Shown one piece after another: positions 1-8,315 of a DNA stretch of 64,000 bases; within the stretch, counting starts at the first letter, position 1, and each line of letters begins with the position of its first letter. Location: positions 19,018-83,017 of the IMG/VR virus record IMGVR_UViG_3300038678_000291; one strand, 5' to 3'. This stretch comes from a virus. Below the pieces are notes generated by a model. It was not told where the DNA came from. It made no database searches and saw only the letters and a program-made list of their open reading frames with translations. The translations under genes were made by a program, and so were the position numbers.

Positions 1-693
1 ATCAAATTCAAGAGAGATTATATCAGGCCATTCAGGGGCATCCTTCACGCTTGCCAAGAGATGCTTGCCCTGACAACTCGTGCGCCAATTGCATTTAGGG
101 CATCGCTTATCTGTGGGCTTAAGCCGATCCGGTTCCTTGCCCACGGTCATCTCATCCCAAAACAAGGTGCAGGCCGAAACAATCTCTTTGATGATTGATT
201 CATCCCTCTCTACATCGGGAGCCAAGAACCCCACATTGTCAGGGCAAAAAACCCCAAAGCCTCCCACTTCAGACCCCCAAATAGCTATCTGGTCTTGTAA
301 TTGCAAAATATAGGCATCGGGGATACCGTTCCGCCTTATTTCGTTGAACATCCGCTCTCCTGGAACTTTTATTTCTAAAGGCACCCTGTCTTTTACGATC
401 ACCGTCAATCTATCCAGGTGACAAAACATTGGGGAGGTTTCCATCCTAATTGTTTCTTTGTGCTCCTCTACCAGCCTTCCTGTCTTATCCGCATATAGAT
501 CGGCCACAATAGGTTCAAAGAAGTTTCCCCGCTCCATTGCCACGGTCGGTATAAGGGCATAATCCGGTGCCACTTGTTTTTTGCGGTAGAACAGCCGCCT
601 CCGGCATCCATAGGGTTCCAGGTTGAATACATCTCCAATCTCAGATGCTCCAATGCCAAGGTGACGCCTAGCAAGTTGTTCTTCTGTTAGCAT
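1..693 (-). CDS. YqaJ-like viral recombinase / lambda-exonuclease family protein (3' end runs off the window)
   Basis: Not in the ORF track. Manual translation from ATG at 693 (RBS AAGGAG): MLTEEQLARRHLGIGASEIG...MERGNFFEP...HLDRL...LEIK...YILQLQDQ, the YqaJ motif series. Confidence 0.85.
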   Translation of the reverse strand, partial: MLTEEQLARRHLGIGASEIGDVFNLEPYGCRRRLFYRKKQVAPDYALIPTVAMERGNFFEPIVADLYADKTGRLVEEHKETIRMETSPMFCHLDRLTVIVKDRVPLEIKVPGERMFNEIRRNGIPDAYILQLQDQIAIWGSEVGGFGVFCPDNVGFLAPDVERDESIIKEIVSACTLFWDEMTVGKEPDRLKPTDKRCPKCNWRTSCQGKHLLASVKDAPEWPDIISLEFD

Positions 694-699
694 TATTTC

Positions 700-1450
700 T
701 CCTTTCTTGATTGGTGGTAAGTGGTGGCTGGCAGGACTTTCATCTCCCTGCCTGGAACGGTTCCCCGCTACTCGCTTCGCCCCGATCGGAAAAGAAGCTC
801 TTGGTGCATGCCAAAACCGCAGCCACCACATCGTTCACCAGCCCCTCGCCTCGATCCCGGTTGCAGTCGGCGAGCCCACCCTGTGATTCCCCGCTGGCAT
901 AATTAGTTTGTCCCCCGCCCCCCTGGTTCCCTGTATTTCCCCACCCAGAGGATTAGGCCGCCCAATGTCACATCACCTCGGCCAGCGGGGAGCATTAGGT
1001 TCCCTGCGGGCAGCTTGCTCATGTACGCTGCGGATAGCCTCCAGCCTTGACAAGTGGAATGCAAAGGCACTGTCTGGCTATTTTCCCCTATCTGTCCACC
1101 ACTGATACCGCAGGGAATCTTGTCAAAATGTGGATGGGCATGCGCTAGCCTTTGTCAACGCCGTTAACTCTCCCGAAGGATACAAAGGCGGGCCGACGCC
1201 ACCCCAGAACCATGGGCGTACTCAGCATTTCTGCCTATCCGTTTCCCTGTTTAATGTGCGGGCTTACACATATACCCAAGTCGGTATTTGCCCATCCACA
1301 TTGTCAAAGTGCAGTTTGTTTGCCTAGCTCTCCTCTCTCCAGGCTTGGCAGCCCCTAGGTCGTACTCACCACCGCTGCTACCCTTCCATTTCCTGTTTGC
1401 TCTAGCCTTACCACATCCTCAGCTTGGGCAAGCTTCAGTCGTTACTGGCT
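700..1450 (-). ncRNA. Putative large multi-domain structured non-coding RNA
   Basis: No coding-strand ORF >=60 aa over ~750 nt of a gene-dense phage. Perfect helices at 721-730/820-829, 1000-1009/1108-1117, 1127-1140/1289-1302 and 1148-1155/1182-1189, with a cUUCGg tetraloop on the minus strand. Confidence 0.65.
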
Positions 1451-1847
1451 ATTGCCTGGACTGGTTGCCCGGTGCTGGTGGATGGGTTAGCAAGTGCTCA
1501 TGCTCGTAAATATTGCCAAGTATTTCCCAATCAAGTGTTACGTGCCCTCTAAAATATCGGCTCCATGTTTTTTGACTTGCAAAAGGATAGAAACCTGTCT
1601 TGCCTTTTAGCCAGCTCACTATTTCCGTTTCGCCCCAGTTATTTAAAACAATATCCCCCTCATATATTTCTCGGCCATTCTTGTCTATGAGGCCAGTGTA
1701 TTGCATAAGCTCAACCTTGTCTCCACCGAGGTCATGAAAAATTAGTTCATTTTTGCCTAGCCATTTTCCAATTGTGTGGTTTGATGTAGGGAAAACATCA
1801 AATCTCATTTCTTGTTTATCCCATGCTCTAAACTTAAACTCCCTCAT
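1449..1847 (-). CDS. YopX family phage protein
   Basis: MREFKFRAWDK...LMQYTGLIDKNGREIYEGDIV...EILGNIYE, the YopX signature. Confidence 0.92.
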   Translation of the reverse strand: MREFKFRAWDKQEMRFDVFPTSNHTIGKWLGKNELIFHDLGGDKVELMQYTGLIDKNGREIYEGDIVLNNWGETEIVSWLKGKTGFYPFASQKTWSRYFRGHVTLDWEILGNIYEHEHLLTHPPAPGNQSRQ

Positions 1848-2437
1848 GATTCTTCTCCATGTTCGGCTCTCTCTTTGTATAACTCAATAATTTGCTTTCT
1901 CACCTTAAGGTTTTGGGGGCGTGCTCCCTCTAACCAGCCCCTCACTCCCATTTCAGACACTCCCGTCTCTATGGCAAGTTCTCTCAATGTCATCCGGTTG
2001 GGAGTTGTTGGGTTAGTAATGAGAACTACCATTTCTTTCATTGTCATTACGGTTAAATTCTTATCAATCCCGCATCTGGGGTGGTTCTTTTCTGATAATA
2101 AATGGGTTTGGGGTTTGTGGGCAAGCCGCCTAAAATATTCACATCGCACGTCTCTGCTGTTTTTGTATTCGCTCCCGTCAGGATTTACGACCTTGAATTT
2201 AATGTCAGGGCGTATTTTCCTCAACAGCTTTATTTTCTTAATGCTTTGATGATATGCCTGTCTGTTGGCACTTACCTCGTAATATGTATCGTTGCTAGGG
2301 CAATAAAAATCTGGTTTATAGGTTTGATTGCCTCCCCTTTTGGGGCAGGGAGTATCTAACTGGAGCACTGGCTCGTAGATGTAGGTTTTGCCCTGAGCGG
2401 TTAGAAAATCTGCGAATTGTTGTTCAGATGGATACAT
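1844..2437 (-). CDS. PD-(D/E)xK-like endonuclease domain fused to a C-terminal HTH
   Basis: SEQQFADFL...YIYEP...YKPDFY...YYEV; C-terminal TLRELAIETGVSEMGVRGWLEG. Confidence 0.6.
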   Translation of the reverse strand: MYPSEQQFADFLTAQGKTYIYEPVLQLDTPCPKRGGNQTYKPDFYCPSNDTYYEVSANRQAYHQSIKKIKLLRKIRPDIKFKVVNPDGSEYKNSRDVRCEYFRRLAHKPQTHLLSEKNHPRCGIDKNLTVMTMKEMVVLITNPTTPNRMTLRELAIETGVSEMGVRGWLEGARPQNLKVRKQIIELYKERAEHGEES

Positions 2438-2579
2438 TTTCTTTTTTTTTGCTCTTTTTTGTTTTTTCCTTGATTAGCTCAACAAGCAGGTCTTGCAAGC
2501 TCTTCCCTTCTAATGCAGCAATTGCCTTAATTTCTCTGTGGACTTGCTCATTAAGGTCTCTTAAGTTTATATTGGCCAT
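2424..2579 (-). CDS. Ribbon-helix-helix (Arc/FitA-like) DNA-binding protein
   Basis: MANINLRDLNEQVHREIKAIAALEGKSLQDLLVELI; likely start ATG 2579 after RBS AAGGAG. Confidence 0.75.
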   Translation of the reverse strand: MANINLRDLNEQVHREIKAIAALEGKSLQDLLVELIKEKTKKSKKKENVSI

Positions 2580-2620
2580 GTTTAATCTCCTTGTGTGTTG
2601 AGTTAGTATATTGTGTTTGC

Positions 2621-2650
2621 ATTGTAGCACAAGATACAAAAGATTGTCAA
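2621..2650 (-). promoter_or_regulatory. Sigma70-type promoter for the RHH-nuclease pair
   Basis: TTGACA-18 nt-TACAAT with extended -10 TG on the minus strand. Confidence 0.65.
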
Positions 2651-2712
2651 GAGAAATCGCATCCTAAACCCAACTTTTCCCAATAAATTACAAACCATAA
2701 TTATATTCTCGG

Positions 2713-3306
2713 CTATGGGTTCACTTTATGGGTTAATCCACCACAGAGAATATCTACAAACCAGAATTTATCCACCTTGCGAATATCTATTAAGCCTATA
2801 TTCTCCTTGATAAAATTCTGTATATTCTTCTCTTTTATCCACCACATGTCTCCGCCTTGTTTTTCCGTTCTTAATGTCCCCCTCTTTTTCGCTTTCAAAT
2901 AGCCCAGGTTTATCCATCTGGTAATGGTTTTCACATCACATCCAAAACATTCTGCAAGTTGACGGGCTGTGTATCCGGAAAGGTTTTTTAATAGCCTGAG
3001 CCTTCTCCGTTTTAAATGGATTCCGGTAAAACTTCTGGTAAATCCCCTTTTCTTGAGATGTTTTCGTATTATTTGAAGGGATTTATGTGCATTTTTCGTT
3101 AAAATCTCTATTTCTTTTGATGACCACCGAGATTCTTTTATTTTAGGCTCATATGCGTTAATTTCTCTGGCTCTCCGTGAGATCGTATAGCTTGGCATGC
3201 CAAGCCTCTGGGCAAGTTCGGTTACCTCACTGTTCCCGGTTTTATGGCGATAAACCCTCCTGATCCTTTCGTCAATTTCGGGGGTAAAAAAATATTTGCG
3301 GCGCAT
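2713..3306 (-). CDS. Multi-HTH DNA-binding protein (C-terminal excisionase/MerR-like HTH)
   Basis: YTARQLAECFGCDVKTITRWINLGYLKA; N-terminal VTELAQRLG and WSSKEIEIL segments. Confidence 0.6.
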   Translation of the reverse strand: MRRKYFFTPEIDERIRRVYRHKTGNSEVTELAQRLGMPSYTISRRAREINAYEPKIKESRWSSKEIEILTKNAHKSLQIIRKHLKKRGFTRSFTGIHLKRRRLRLLKNLSGYTARQLAECFGCDVKTITRWINLGYLKAKKRGTLRTEKQGGDMWWIKEKNIQNFIKENIGLIDIRKVDKFWFVDILCGGLTHKVNP

Positions 3307-3471
3307 CTTTAACCATGAGTCCTTTTTGTTTTAAGCCTTCTCACCAAAAAAGGACAGTTTGGGTTTTTAGGGATACAGTATCTAAGATATTTCCATTTGG
3401 GAATTAGCTTGGGCTTTCGCTTGCTGTTTTTCCGGCAATAATAGTTGAGCAGGATTTTCATGGCCAATCTA

Positions 3472-3678
3472 CTAATTCAAACTCCCAGTCAAACTCTTGT
3501 GTTTCTTGGCCGGCGGCGGCTTAGCATCCAACAGGCCTGCCAACATCTTGTGTTGGGCGGCCAGCGTATCTCTCAAGGAAACGGCTTTTCTTACATCTTC
3601 GTTAGCTTGCCGCATATCTGCTTCATAGGCTGCCAGTAATTTTTCTATCTTAATGCGTTCCGCGCTCTTTTTGCTCAT
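3472..3678 (-). CDS. Small coiled-coil hypothetical protein
   Basis: ORF with RBS GGAGAG, co-oriented with the early operon. Confidence 0.55.
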   Translation of the reverse strand: MSKKSAERIKIEKLLAAYEADMRQANEDVRKAVSLRDTLAAQHKMLAGLLDAKPPPAKKHKSLTGSLN

Positions 3679-3687
3679 GACTCTCTC

Positions 3688-3888
3688 CTAAATTGGTTGG
3701 ATTGAATCCAGCAATAGCTTATAATACCAAGAATGTTCCCCTGTTTTACTGCCATCGCTTTTGCGATATTTAATTCCACCTTCGCTAATCCAGTATAATT
3801 GAGTTTCTCTTAATTTGGCTGTGTAGCCACTTTCGCCATGTCCCCTTGATTGTTCGATCCCAGTATGCGTAAACTTAGGATTGCCCAT
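3688..3888 (-). CDS. Hypothetical phage protein
   Basis: ORF with RBS AAGGAG in the leftward operon. Confidence 0.55.
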   Translation of the reverse strand: MGNPKFTHTGIEQSRGHGESGYTAKLRETQLYWISEGGIKYRKSDGSKTGEHSWYYKLLLDSIQPI

Positions 3889-3917
3889 GATTATTTCATC
3901 TCCTTAAGTTTATCCGG

Positions 3918-4163
3918 CTACCCTGACAATTCAAAGCTCCCATCAAACCCAATGCCGCGGTAATCAACAGCATGTTTTACGGCTATCGGTTCCTGCCCAA
4001 AACCAATATAGACAGAATTTCCACAAGAGGGACACTCCCACTCATCTGCCATAACTTTGTAGTAGGGCTTCCCCTCGTTCAATGCCTGCAAAACCACTCC
4101 GTTCTTTTTAGGGCGCATTTTTACCATGCAGCAACCACAGACCACTTTAGGTATTTCTGGCAT
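3918..4163 (-). CDS. Small zinc-ribbon protein
   Basis: CGCC...WECPSCG; RBS GGAG. Confidence 0.6.
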   Translation of the reverse strand: MPEIPKVVCGCCMVKMRPKKNGVVLQALNEGKPYYKVMADEWECPSCGNSVYIGFGQEPIAVKHAVDYRGIGFDGSFELSG

Positions 4164-4409
4164 TTAACTCCCTCCTCTCTGTTTAAATCGTTCCTTTTTA
4201 AATTTTGATAGTTCATTAAGAAATCTTCTTATGGTATGCTCTTCGCTTATAATTATATCTTCATCGTCAAGGCTATCGGCTTCTCCTGTGATACAAGGAG
4301 CACACCCAACCCACCCAACAGCTAGTGATAATAAATAGCTTGCAGGGTTATCGCAGTTATCGCAGAGAACTAAAAAAGTATCTATTCTTAACCCTTTTTT
4401 GTTTGCCAT
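4164..4409 (-). CDS. Small Cys-containing hypothetical protein
   Basis: CDNC...CAPC; probable start MANKK after CACGGAG. Confidence 0.5.
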   Translation of the reverse strand: MANKKGLRIDTFLVLCDNCDNPASYLLSLAVGWVGCAPCITGEADSLDDEDIIISEEHTIRRFLNELSKFKKERFKQRGGS

Positions 4410-4651
4410 TGTTGTTCTCCGTGTTTTCACAATTCAACAGACAAGTGCTCAATAAACCATGTCCGCATAGATGATAAATCGTTTGCCAGGCCGAATAATT
4501 CTCTCCTGTCAAAACCGTCCTTCGCCAAGATTCCCTCACGCAGGCAGATTATCCTTTGTAAGTCTATCTCGGTAGCCAGCCTCACCGCTTTATCCTTGTC
4601 CCGGCTTCTATCCACAACCCACCCCTCCTGTATAATACATAGTACGCCTAA

Positions 4652-4936
4652 TTAAGCCTCCTCTTTATATTCAGCATCTTCAAGCATCTGGTCAACGGTA
4701 TAGTGGTTTGGGTATTTGGCCTCATATTCATCTGCTGTAAGGGCTTTGGGCACTGTCAATGCCTCAACTAGGATCATCAACTCCATCCGGTTTAGCCTTT
4801 TGATGGGGGTGAGCCTGAATTTTTCTCCGGCCTCACTGCAAAGCTGATCGAACCGTTCATACATCTTGGCGCTACCACCAAACCGATCACAAAGTAAATC
4901 AAAAAACTGGTTGAAAATTACCTCTTTGCTGTCCAC
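4652..4936 (-). CDS. Hypothetical phage protein
   Basis: ORF overlapping its upstream neighbour, RBS AAGGAG. Confidence 0.5.
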   Translation of the reverse strand: MDSKEVIFNQFFDLLCDRFGGSAKMYERFDQLCSEAGEKFRLTPIKRLNRMELMILVEALTVPKALTADEYEAKYPNHYTVDQMLEDAEYKEEA

Positions 4937-5148
4937 TGTTTTTTCTCCTTTGCAAATTTCAGCATTTCCTGTAAGGTTTCGCTTAAAGTGTTTGTGTTGA
5001 ATCGCTTGGTCTCATAGCTGTTTCGGTGTATCCAGCCCGTATACCATGTTTCGCCTCTACTTGTAGTGGTTTGGCCAATATCCCAGATATGGAACTTCCC
5101 CTGTTTGCACAAACGCTGGAGTTCTTTAATTGATTGGAGTATCGTCAC
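4918..5148 (-). CDS. Hypothetical phage protein
   Basis: GTG start with RBS AGGAGGG. Confidence 0.5.
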   Translation of the reverse strand: MTILQSIKELQRLCKQGKFHIWDIGQTTTSRGETWYTGWIHRNSYETKRFNTNTLSETLQEMLKFAKEKKQWTAKR

Positions 5149-5160
5149 TGTTCCCCTCCT

Positions 5161-5466
5161 TTACAATTCTGTGTCTATGCTGATTATTTCCCAGTTCCCA
5201 CGCCTTGTCCATCCCTCCCAGCCCAGGGTAGCCTCCGCCCGGCCTGAAGGTGTATGAGCAGGATCGTTGTCGTCTGGATGCCGTTTATACTCCCCGCAGA
5301 TAATTACTCTAAACGCCCCCTTGCATATATCTATCACGGCCTGATTCAAGCTTATGCGGTCTGGATAGAAACCCCCTTCCTTTTGCAAATCCCAATGTGC
5401 CTGGTTGGGATAGACATTAAGTTTCCATTGCTCTACAAATCGGTTTGCTCTGTCTTGGGCATCCAC
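5161..5466 (-). CDS. Hypothetical phage protein
   Basis: GTG start with RBS GGAGGT. Confidence 0.5.
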   Translation of the reverse strand: MDAQDRANRFVEQWKLNVYPNQAHWDLQKEGGFYPDRISLNQAVIDICKGAFRVIICGEYKRHPDDNDPAHTPSGRAEATLGWEGWTRRGNWEIISIDTEL

Positions 5467-5480
5467 GAGGCTACCTCCCC

Positions 5481-5690
5481 TTAAGAGAAAATCCAGGAAC
5501 TTAGATAATAAAACGCAATCACAACAGAAACAAATGAAGCAATTATGATAATACCTAGCCTCTCTTGGTTTTTCTTTAATATCCCATAATCATATTTATT
5601 ATCTGGCAGACTATTACACCAGATTATCCCTACCCGGAACACTAAAAATGAAATAAAAAACCACAATACAGTTGCTTTTAAGTCATTCAT
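5481..5690 (-). CDS. Small two-transmembrane protein
   Basis: Probable start MNDLK at 5690; two hydrophobic segments. Confidence 0.55.
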   Translation of the reverse strand: MNDLKATVLWFFISFLVFRVGIIWCNSLPDNKYDYGILKKNQERLGIIIIASFVSVVIAFYYLSSWIFS

Positions 5691-5703
5691 TGCTCTGCCT
5701 TTC

Positions 5704-5763
5704 ATGTTAAGGTTAACTGCCTGGCCCAACCTACCACAAGGCGATAAGCTGGATAGAAAGTTA
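5704..5763 (-). repeat. Intergenic hairpin repeat, copy 1 (diverged)
   Basis: Minus strand TAAC-tttct-atccagcttatc...ggtaggttggg-ccaggca-GTTAACCTTAACAT. Confidence 0.7.
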
Positions 5764-5970
5764 AACATGGATAACCTTAATGTCATTGTTAAAGGCATTG
5801 GCCTTGTGTAATTCACTTATCCAGCCAGAGGGATACTTATGCTCAACTCCTTCGCTGGTAACTAAGTAATAATGCTTCCCATTTTGATATACCTTGCTGC
5901 CCCGGTCTATCTTAATCAGCTTCCCCTGAACTACTATCTTCGCTATACGCTTGAGTAATTTTTTTTGCAT
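5761..5970 (-). CDS. Hypothetical phage protein
   Basis: MQKKLLKR...; lies between repeat copies 1 and 2. Confidence 0.55.
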   Translation of the reverse strand: MQKKLLKRIAKIVVQGKLIKIDRGSKVYQNGKHYYLVTSEGVEHKYPSGWISELHKANAFNNDIKVIHV

Positions 5971-5982
5971 GATACTGCCCCC

Positions 5983-6044
5983 CATGTTAAGGTTAACCGC
6001 CTATCCCAACCCACCCGGTGGATGGGCTGAAGAGGGAGTTAAGC
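5983..6044 (-). repeat. Intergenic hairpin repeat, copy 2
   Basis: GCTTAAC-tccct-cttcagcccatcc-acc-gggtgggttggg-ataggcg-GTTAACCTTAACATG. Confidence 0.8.
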
Positions 6045-6266
6045 TTCTTGAAATTGGTTGCAGTTTCCCTCTTTATTACAATCCCTGCAGACGCTAAACC
6101 CCTGATTGGCATAAACCCCCACGCCCAAAGCGTTTTTTTTGTAACTTTGCGTAATTCCCGTAACGGGATTGGTTTTTTTAGGTAATGGATTTGCCTCGCA
6201 AAGCTGGGTATACCACATACCTTCTCGTGTTCCCCTAAAGTTCCTACATAAGCAACAAATCGTCAT
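6039..6266 (-). CDS. Small Cys-rich hypothetical protein
   Basis: CCLC...C...CRDCNKEGNC. Confidence 0.55.
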   Translation of the reverse strand: MTICCLCRNFRGTREGMWYTQLCEANPLPKKTNPVTGITQSYKKNALGVGVYANQGFSVCRDCNKEGNCNQFQEA

Positions 6267-6317
6267 TTTCCTTCCCTCCTTGTTAAGGCATTCCCAAGTA
6301 TTTCTTGGCCTGACATC

Positions 6318-6599
6318 TTAATCCTCATCATCAACAAAATAAAATCCTGAATTCTCCAATGCGGCACGGTATATCGAAGCCACATAATTACACTCAAAGT
6401 TTCCTGCGTCACCAAACCATTTGTCGTGTTTGGAGCTATAGCGTGCAGATACAATTTGGTTGTTGCCAAACATATCGTGCCTGCTTGCAATATTGGCGGC
6501 AAAAGCAATTCGTTCCCTGTATCCAGCCCTGTTGTTAATCTGCCGGAGGTGGATAGTTTTTCCGGTCTCTCCCTTGTGGCCTTTGTGGATGATTTTCAT
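6318..6599 (-). CDS. Hypothetical protein, duplicate copy 1
   Basis: 93 aa, identical to 8014..8295. Confidence 0.65.
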   Translation of the reverse strand: MKIIHKGHKGETGKTIHLRQINNRAGYRERIAFAANIASRHDMFGNNQIVSARYSSKHDKWFGDAGNFECNYVASIYRAALENSGFYFVDDED

Positions 6600-6612
6600 G
6601 GTTGGTTCTTTT

Positions 6613-6670
6613 TTAAGGTTAACCGCCTATCTCAACCCACCCCGGCGGATGGGTTGAGGAGGAAGTTAAG
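6613..6670 (-). repeat. Intergenic hairpin repeat, copy 3
   Basis: CTTAAC-ttcct-cctcaacccatcc-gcc-ggggtgggttgag-ataggcg-GTTAACCTTAA. Confidence 0.8.
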
Positions 6671-6674
6671 AGCT

Positions 6675-6875
6675 TTACCCGTAAATTGTCAGGGTGATGC
6701 CTGCTGCTAGGTTGAATAGACTCTCAGACATACAGCTGCTTCTGAATGTGCTATTAGCACCATAAAAGAAGCTCGTTACCTTGTACCCTAGGTGTCCTGA
6801 TGTCAACCAAATGCAACGGTATTCCTTATAGTCTTGATATTTAATTGCGTCCATTTCCATCTTCCTGTCCTCCAT
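6675..6875 (-). CDS. Hypothetical phage protein
   Basis: ORF in the leftward operon preceded by the conserved leader motif. Confidence 0.5.
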   Translation of the reverse strand: MEDRKMEMDAIKYQDYKEYRCIWLTSGHLGYKVTSFFYGANSTFRSSCMSESLFNLAAGITLTIYG

Positions 6876-6883
6876 GTTTAAGG

Positions 6884-7105
6884 TTAATTGTTGATTCTAT
6901 CTATCAATTTCTTAATTCGCTTCGCTTTAGCCTGGGCATCGGCGGCTAGTGTTTGTAATTCTTGTTCTACACGATAAGCTATATTGAGTAATCTGGCTTG
7001 GCCTTCAAAACCGAATTCCCCATTTGATTCATAATAATTCGGGTCCCATTCAATCCCTTCGCCAAATAGTTCCGCTAGTCTGTCGGCCTTTTGCTGATCG
7101 TTCAT
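6884..7105 (-). CDS. Hypothetical coiled-coil protein
   Basis: Probable start MNDQQ after CACGGAGGG. Confidence 0.55.
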   Translation of the reverse strand: MNDQQKADRLAELFGEGIEWDPNYYESNGEFGFEGQARLLNIAYRVEQELQTLAADAQAKAKRIKKLIDRINN

Positions 7106-7201
7106 TTTGCTGCCCTCCGTGTTTAGGTTGTTTCGCAAACCGTAACACTGATTGTCCCGCTTTTTGTCCTGCTTCCTAGTGGAAATAGTTGCTGGCCGTA
7201 A

Positions 7202-7399
7202 CTAAGGATTGACCGCCTCGGCCTCGTTCAGTTTCTTTTCTATCTTCCTCAGTTTTTTCTCATATACCTGATGGGGCACCGCGGCTCCCCTTTCCCACCG
7301 GTAAATTGTTGCCTCAGATTTCAATCCCACATTAAGTGCCAGTTCAAGGCGGCCCCCGACCTTTTTCCTGATTGCTTTAATTTCCTTCGGTGTTATCAT
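7202..7399 (-). CDS. XRE-family HTH protein
   Basis: EIKAIRKK...LELALNVGLKSEATIYRWERG. Confidence 0.8.
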   Translation of the reverse strand: MITPKEIKAIRKKVGGRLELALNVGLKSEATIYRWERGAAVPHQVYEKKLRKIEKKLNEAEAVNP

Positions 7400-7434
7400 T
7401 GCTGCAACCTCCGTGACTACTCCGTGATTGTGTT

Positions 7435-7656
7435 TTATAGTAAGTAGAATCCGATGCCCTTTTTTGTAATGCCATACATGCGGTCACTTCCACCACCATC
7501 AAATACTATAAGGCAGAAATTACCCCATCCTGACCGTAGTTTTTCGGTTACCTTCCCTTCACGGCAAAAACCCGATTGGGGAAATTCCCCGGGACCGCAA
7601 ACAGCACCTACCCGCTGCCCGGTTTTTATGTCTCGAAATTCTTGGTCGGTAAACAT
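7435..7656 (-). CDS. Hypothetical phage protein
   Basis: ORF with RBS AAGGA. Confidence 0.5.
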   Translation of the reverse strand: MFTDQEFRDIKTGQRVGAVCGPGEFPQSGFCREGKVTEKLRSGWGNFCLIVFDGGGSDRMYGITKKGIGFYLL

Positions 7657-7831
7657 GCCGTTTCCTTTTTATCTATCAAGTGAAATAACGCCTTGTGTGA
7701 GCGATTAAGCCGATAAGCATCTCTAATTGCCCTAGCACTTGATTTCCCTGTTAAAAATTGCTGGAGCTTGATATAGTCAATATCAATTTCTTGGGTCATA
7801 ATGTTACCTCCAAATTAAATCAATTCTATTG

Positions 7832-7993
7832 TTAGGGCATTCCCAAGCATTTTTTGGCCTGATACCGCCTTATTAACCAGATGGTGTTACCAGCATCAAA
7901 CCAATACTCATCTTTGCGGCTCCCATAAAACAACGCATTCTCAATGTAAGACTTGAAGTTGAAAACAGAATCAGGATACTCACTGTATAACAT
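7832..7993 (-). CDS. 53-aa hypothetical protein (below ORF-track cutoff)
   Basis: MLYSEYPDSVFNFKSYIENALFYG...AKKCLGMP*; G-rich RBS. Confidence 0.5.
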   Translation of the reverse strand: MLYSEYPDSVFNFKSYIENALFYGSRKDEYWFDAGNTIWLIRRYQAKKCLGMP

Positions 7994-8013
7994 GGTATTA
8001 TCCCCCCCTTTTT

Positions 8014-8295
8014 TTAATCCTCATCATCAACAAAATAAAATCCTGAATTCTCCAATGCGGCACGGTATATCGAAGCCACATAATTACACTCAAAGTTTCC
8101 TGCGTCACCAAACCATTTGTCGTGTTTGGAGCTATAGCGTGCAGATACAATTTGGTTGTTGCCAAACATATCGTGCCTGCTTGCAATATTGGCGGCAAAA
8201 GCAATTCGTTCCCTGTATCCAGCCCTGTTGTTAATCTGCCGGAGGTGGATAGTTTTTCCGGTCTCTCCCTTGTGGCCTTTGTGGATGATTTTCAT
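8014..8295 (-). CDS. Hypothetical protein, duplicate copy 2
   Basis: Identical translation to 6318..6599. Confidence 0.65.
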   Translation of the reverse strand: MKIIHKGHKGETGKTIHLRQINNRAGYRERIAFAANIASRHDMFGNNQIVSARYSSKHDKWFGDAGNFECNYVASIYRAALENSGFYFVDDED

Positions 8296-8315
8296 GGTTG
8301 GTTTCCATGTTTAGG

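Noticed and set aside
721-829. Canonical tRNA or tmRNA
   Set aside because: Ends in CCACCA on the minus strand and is cloverleaf-like, but lacks the TTCRA T-loop and a 7-nt anticodon loop.
711-1509. Short plus-strand ORFs in the ORF track
   Set aside because: Antisense to the operon, no clear RBS, Pro/Ser-rich low-information translations; better explained by GC-rich RNA structure.
6263-6508. Alternative-frame ORF MLLPPILQ (also 7998..8204)
   Set aside because: Overlaps the duplicated 93-aa gene in another frame and has different ends in the two copies.
5700-6670. Hairpin repeats as a CRISPR array or a bona fide integron
   Set aside because: The intervening sequences are whole genes of variable length, no intI is present, and the right core deviates from GTTRRRY. 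Kept only as an unexplained repeat family.
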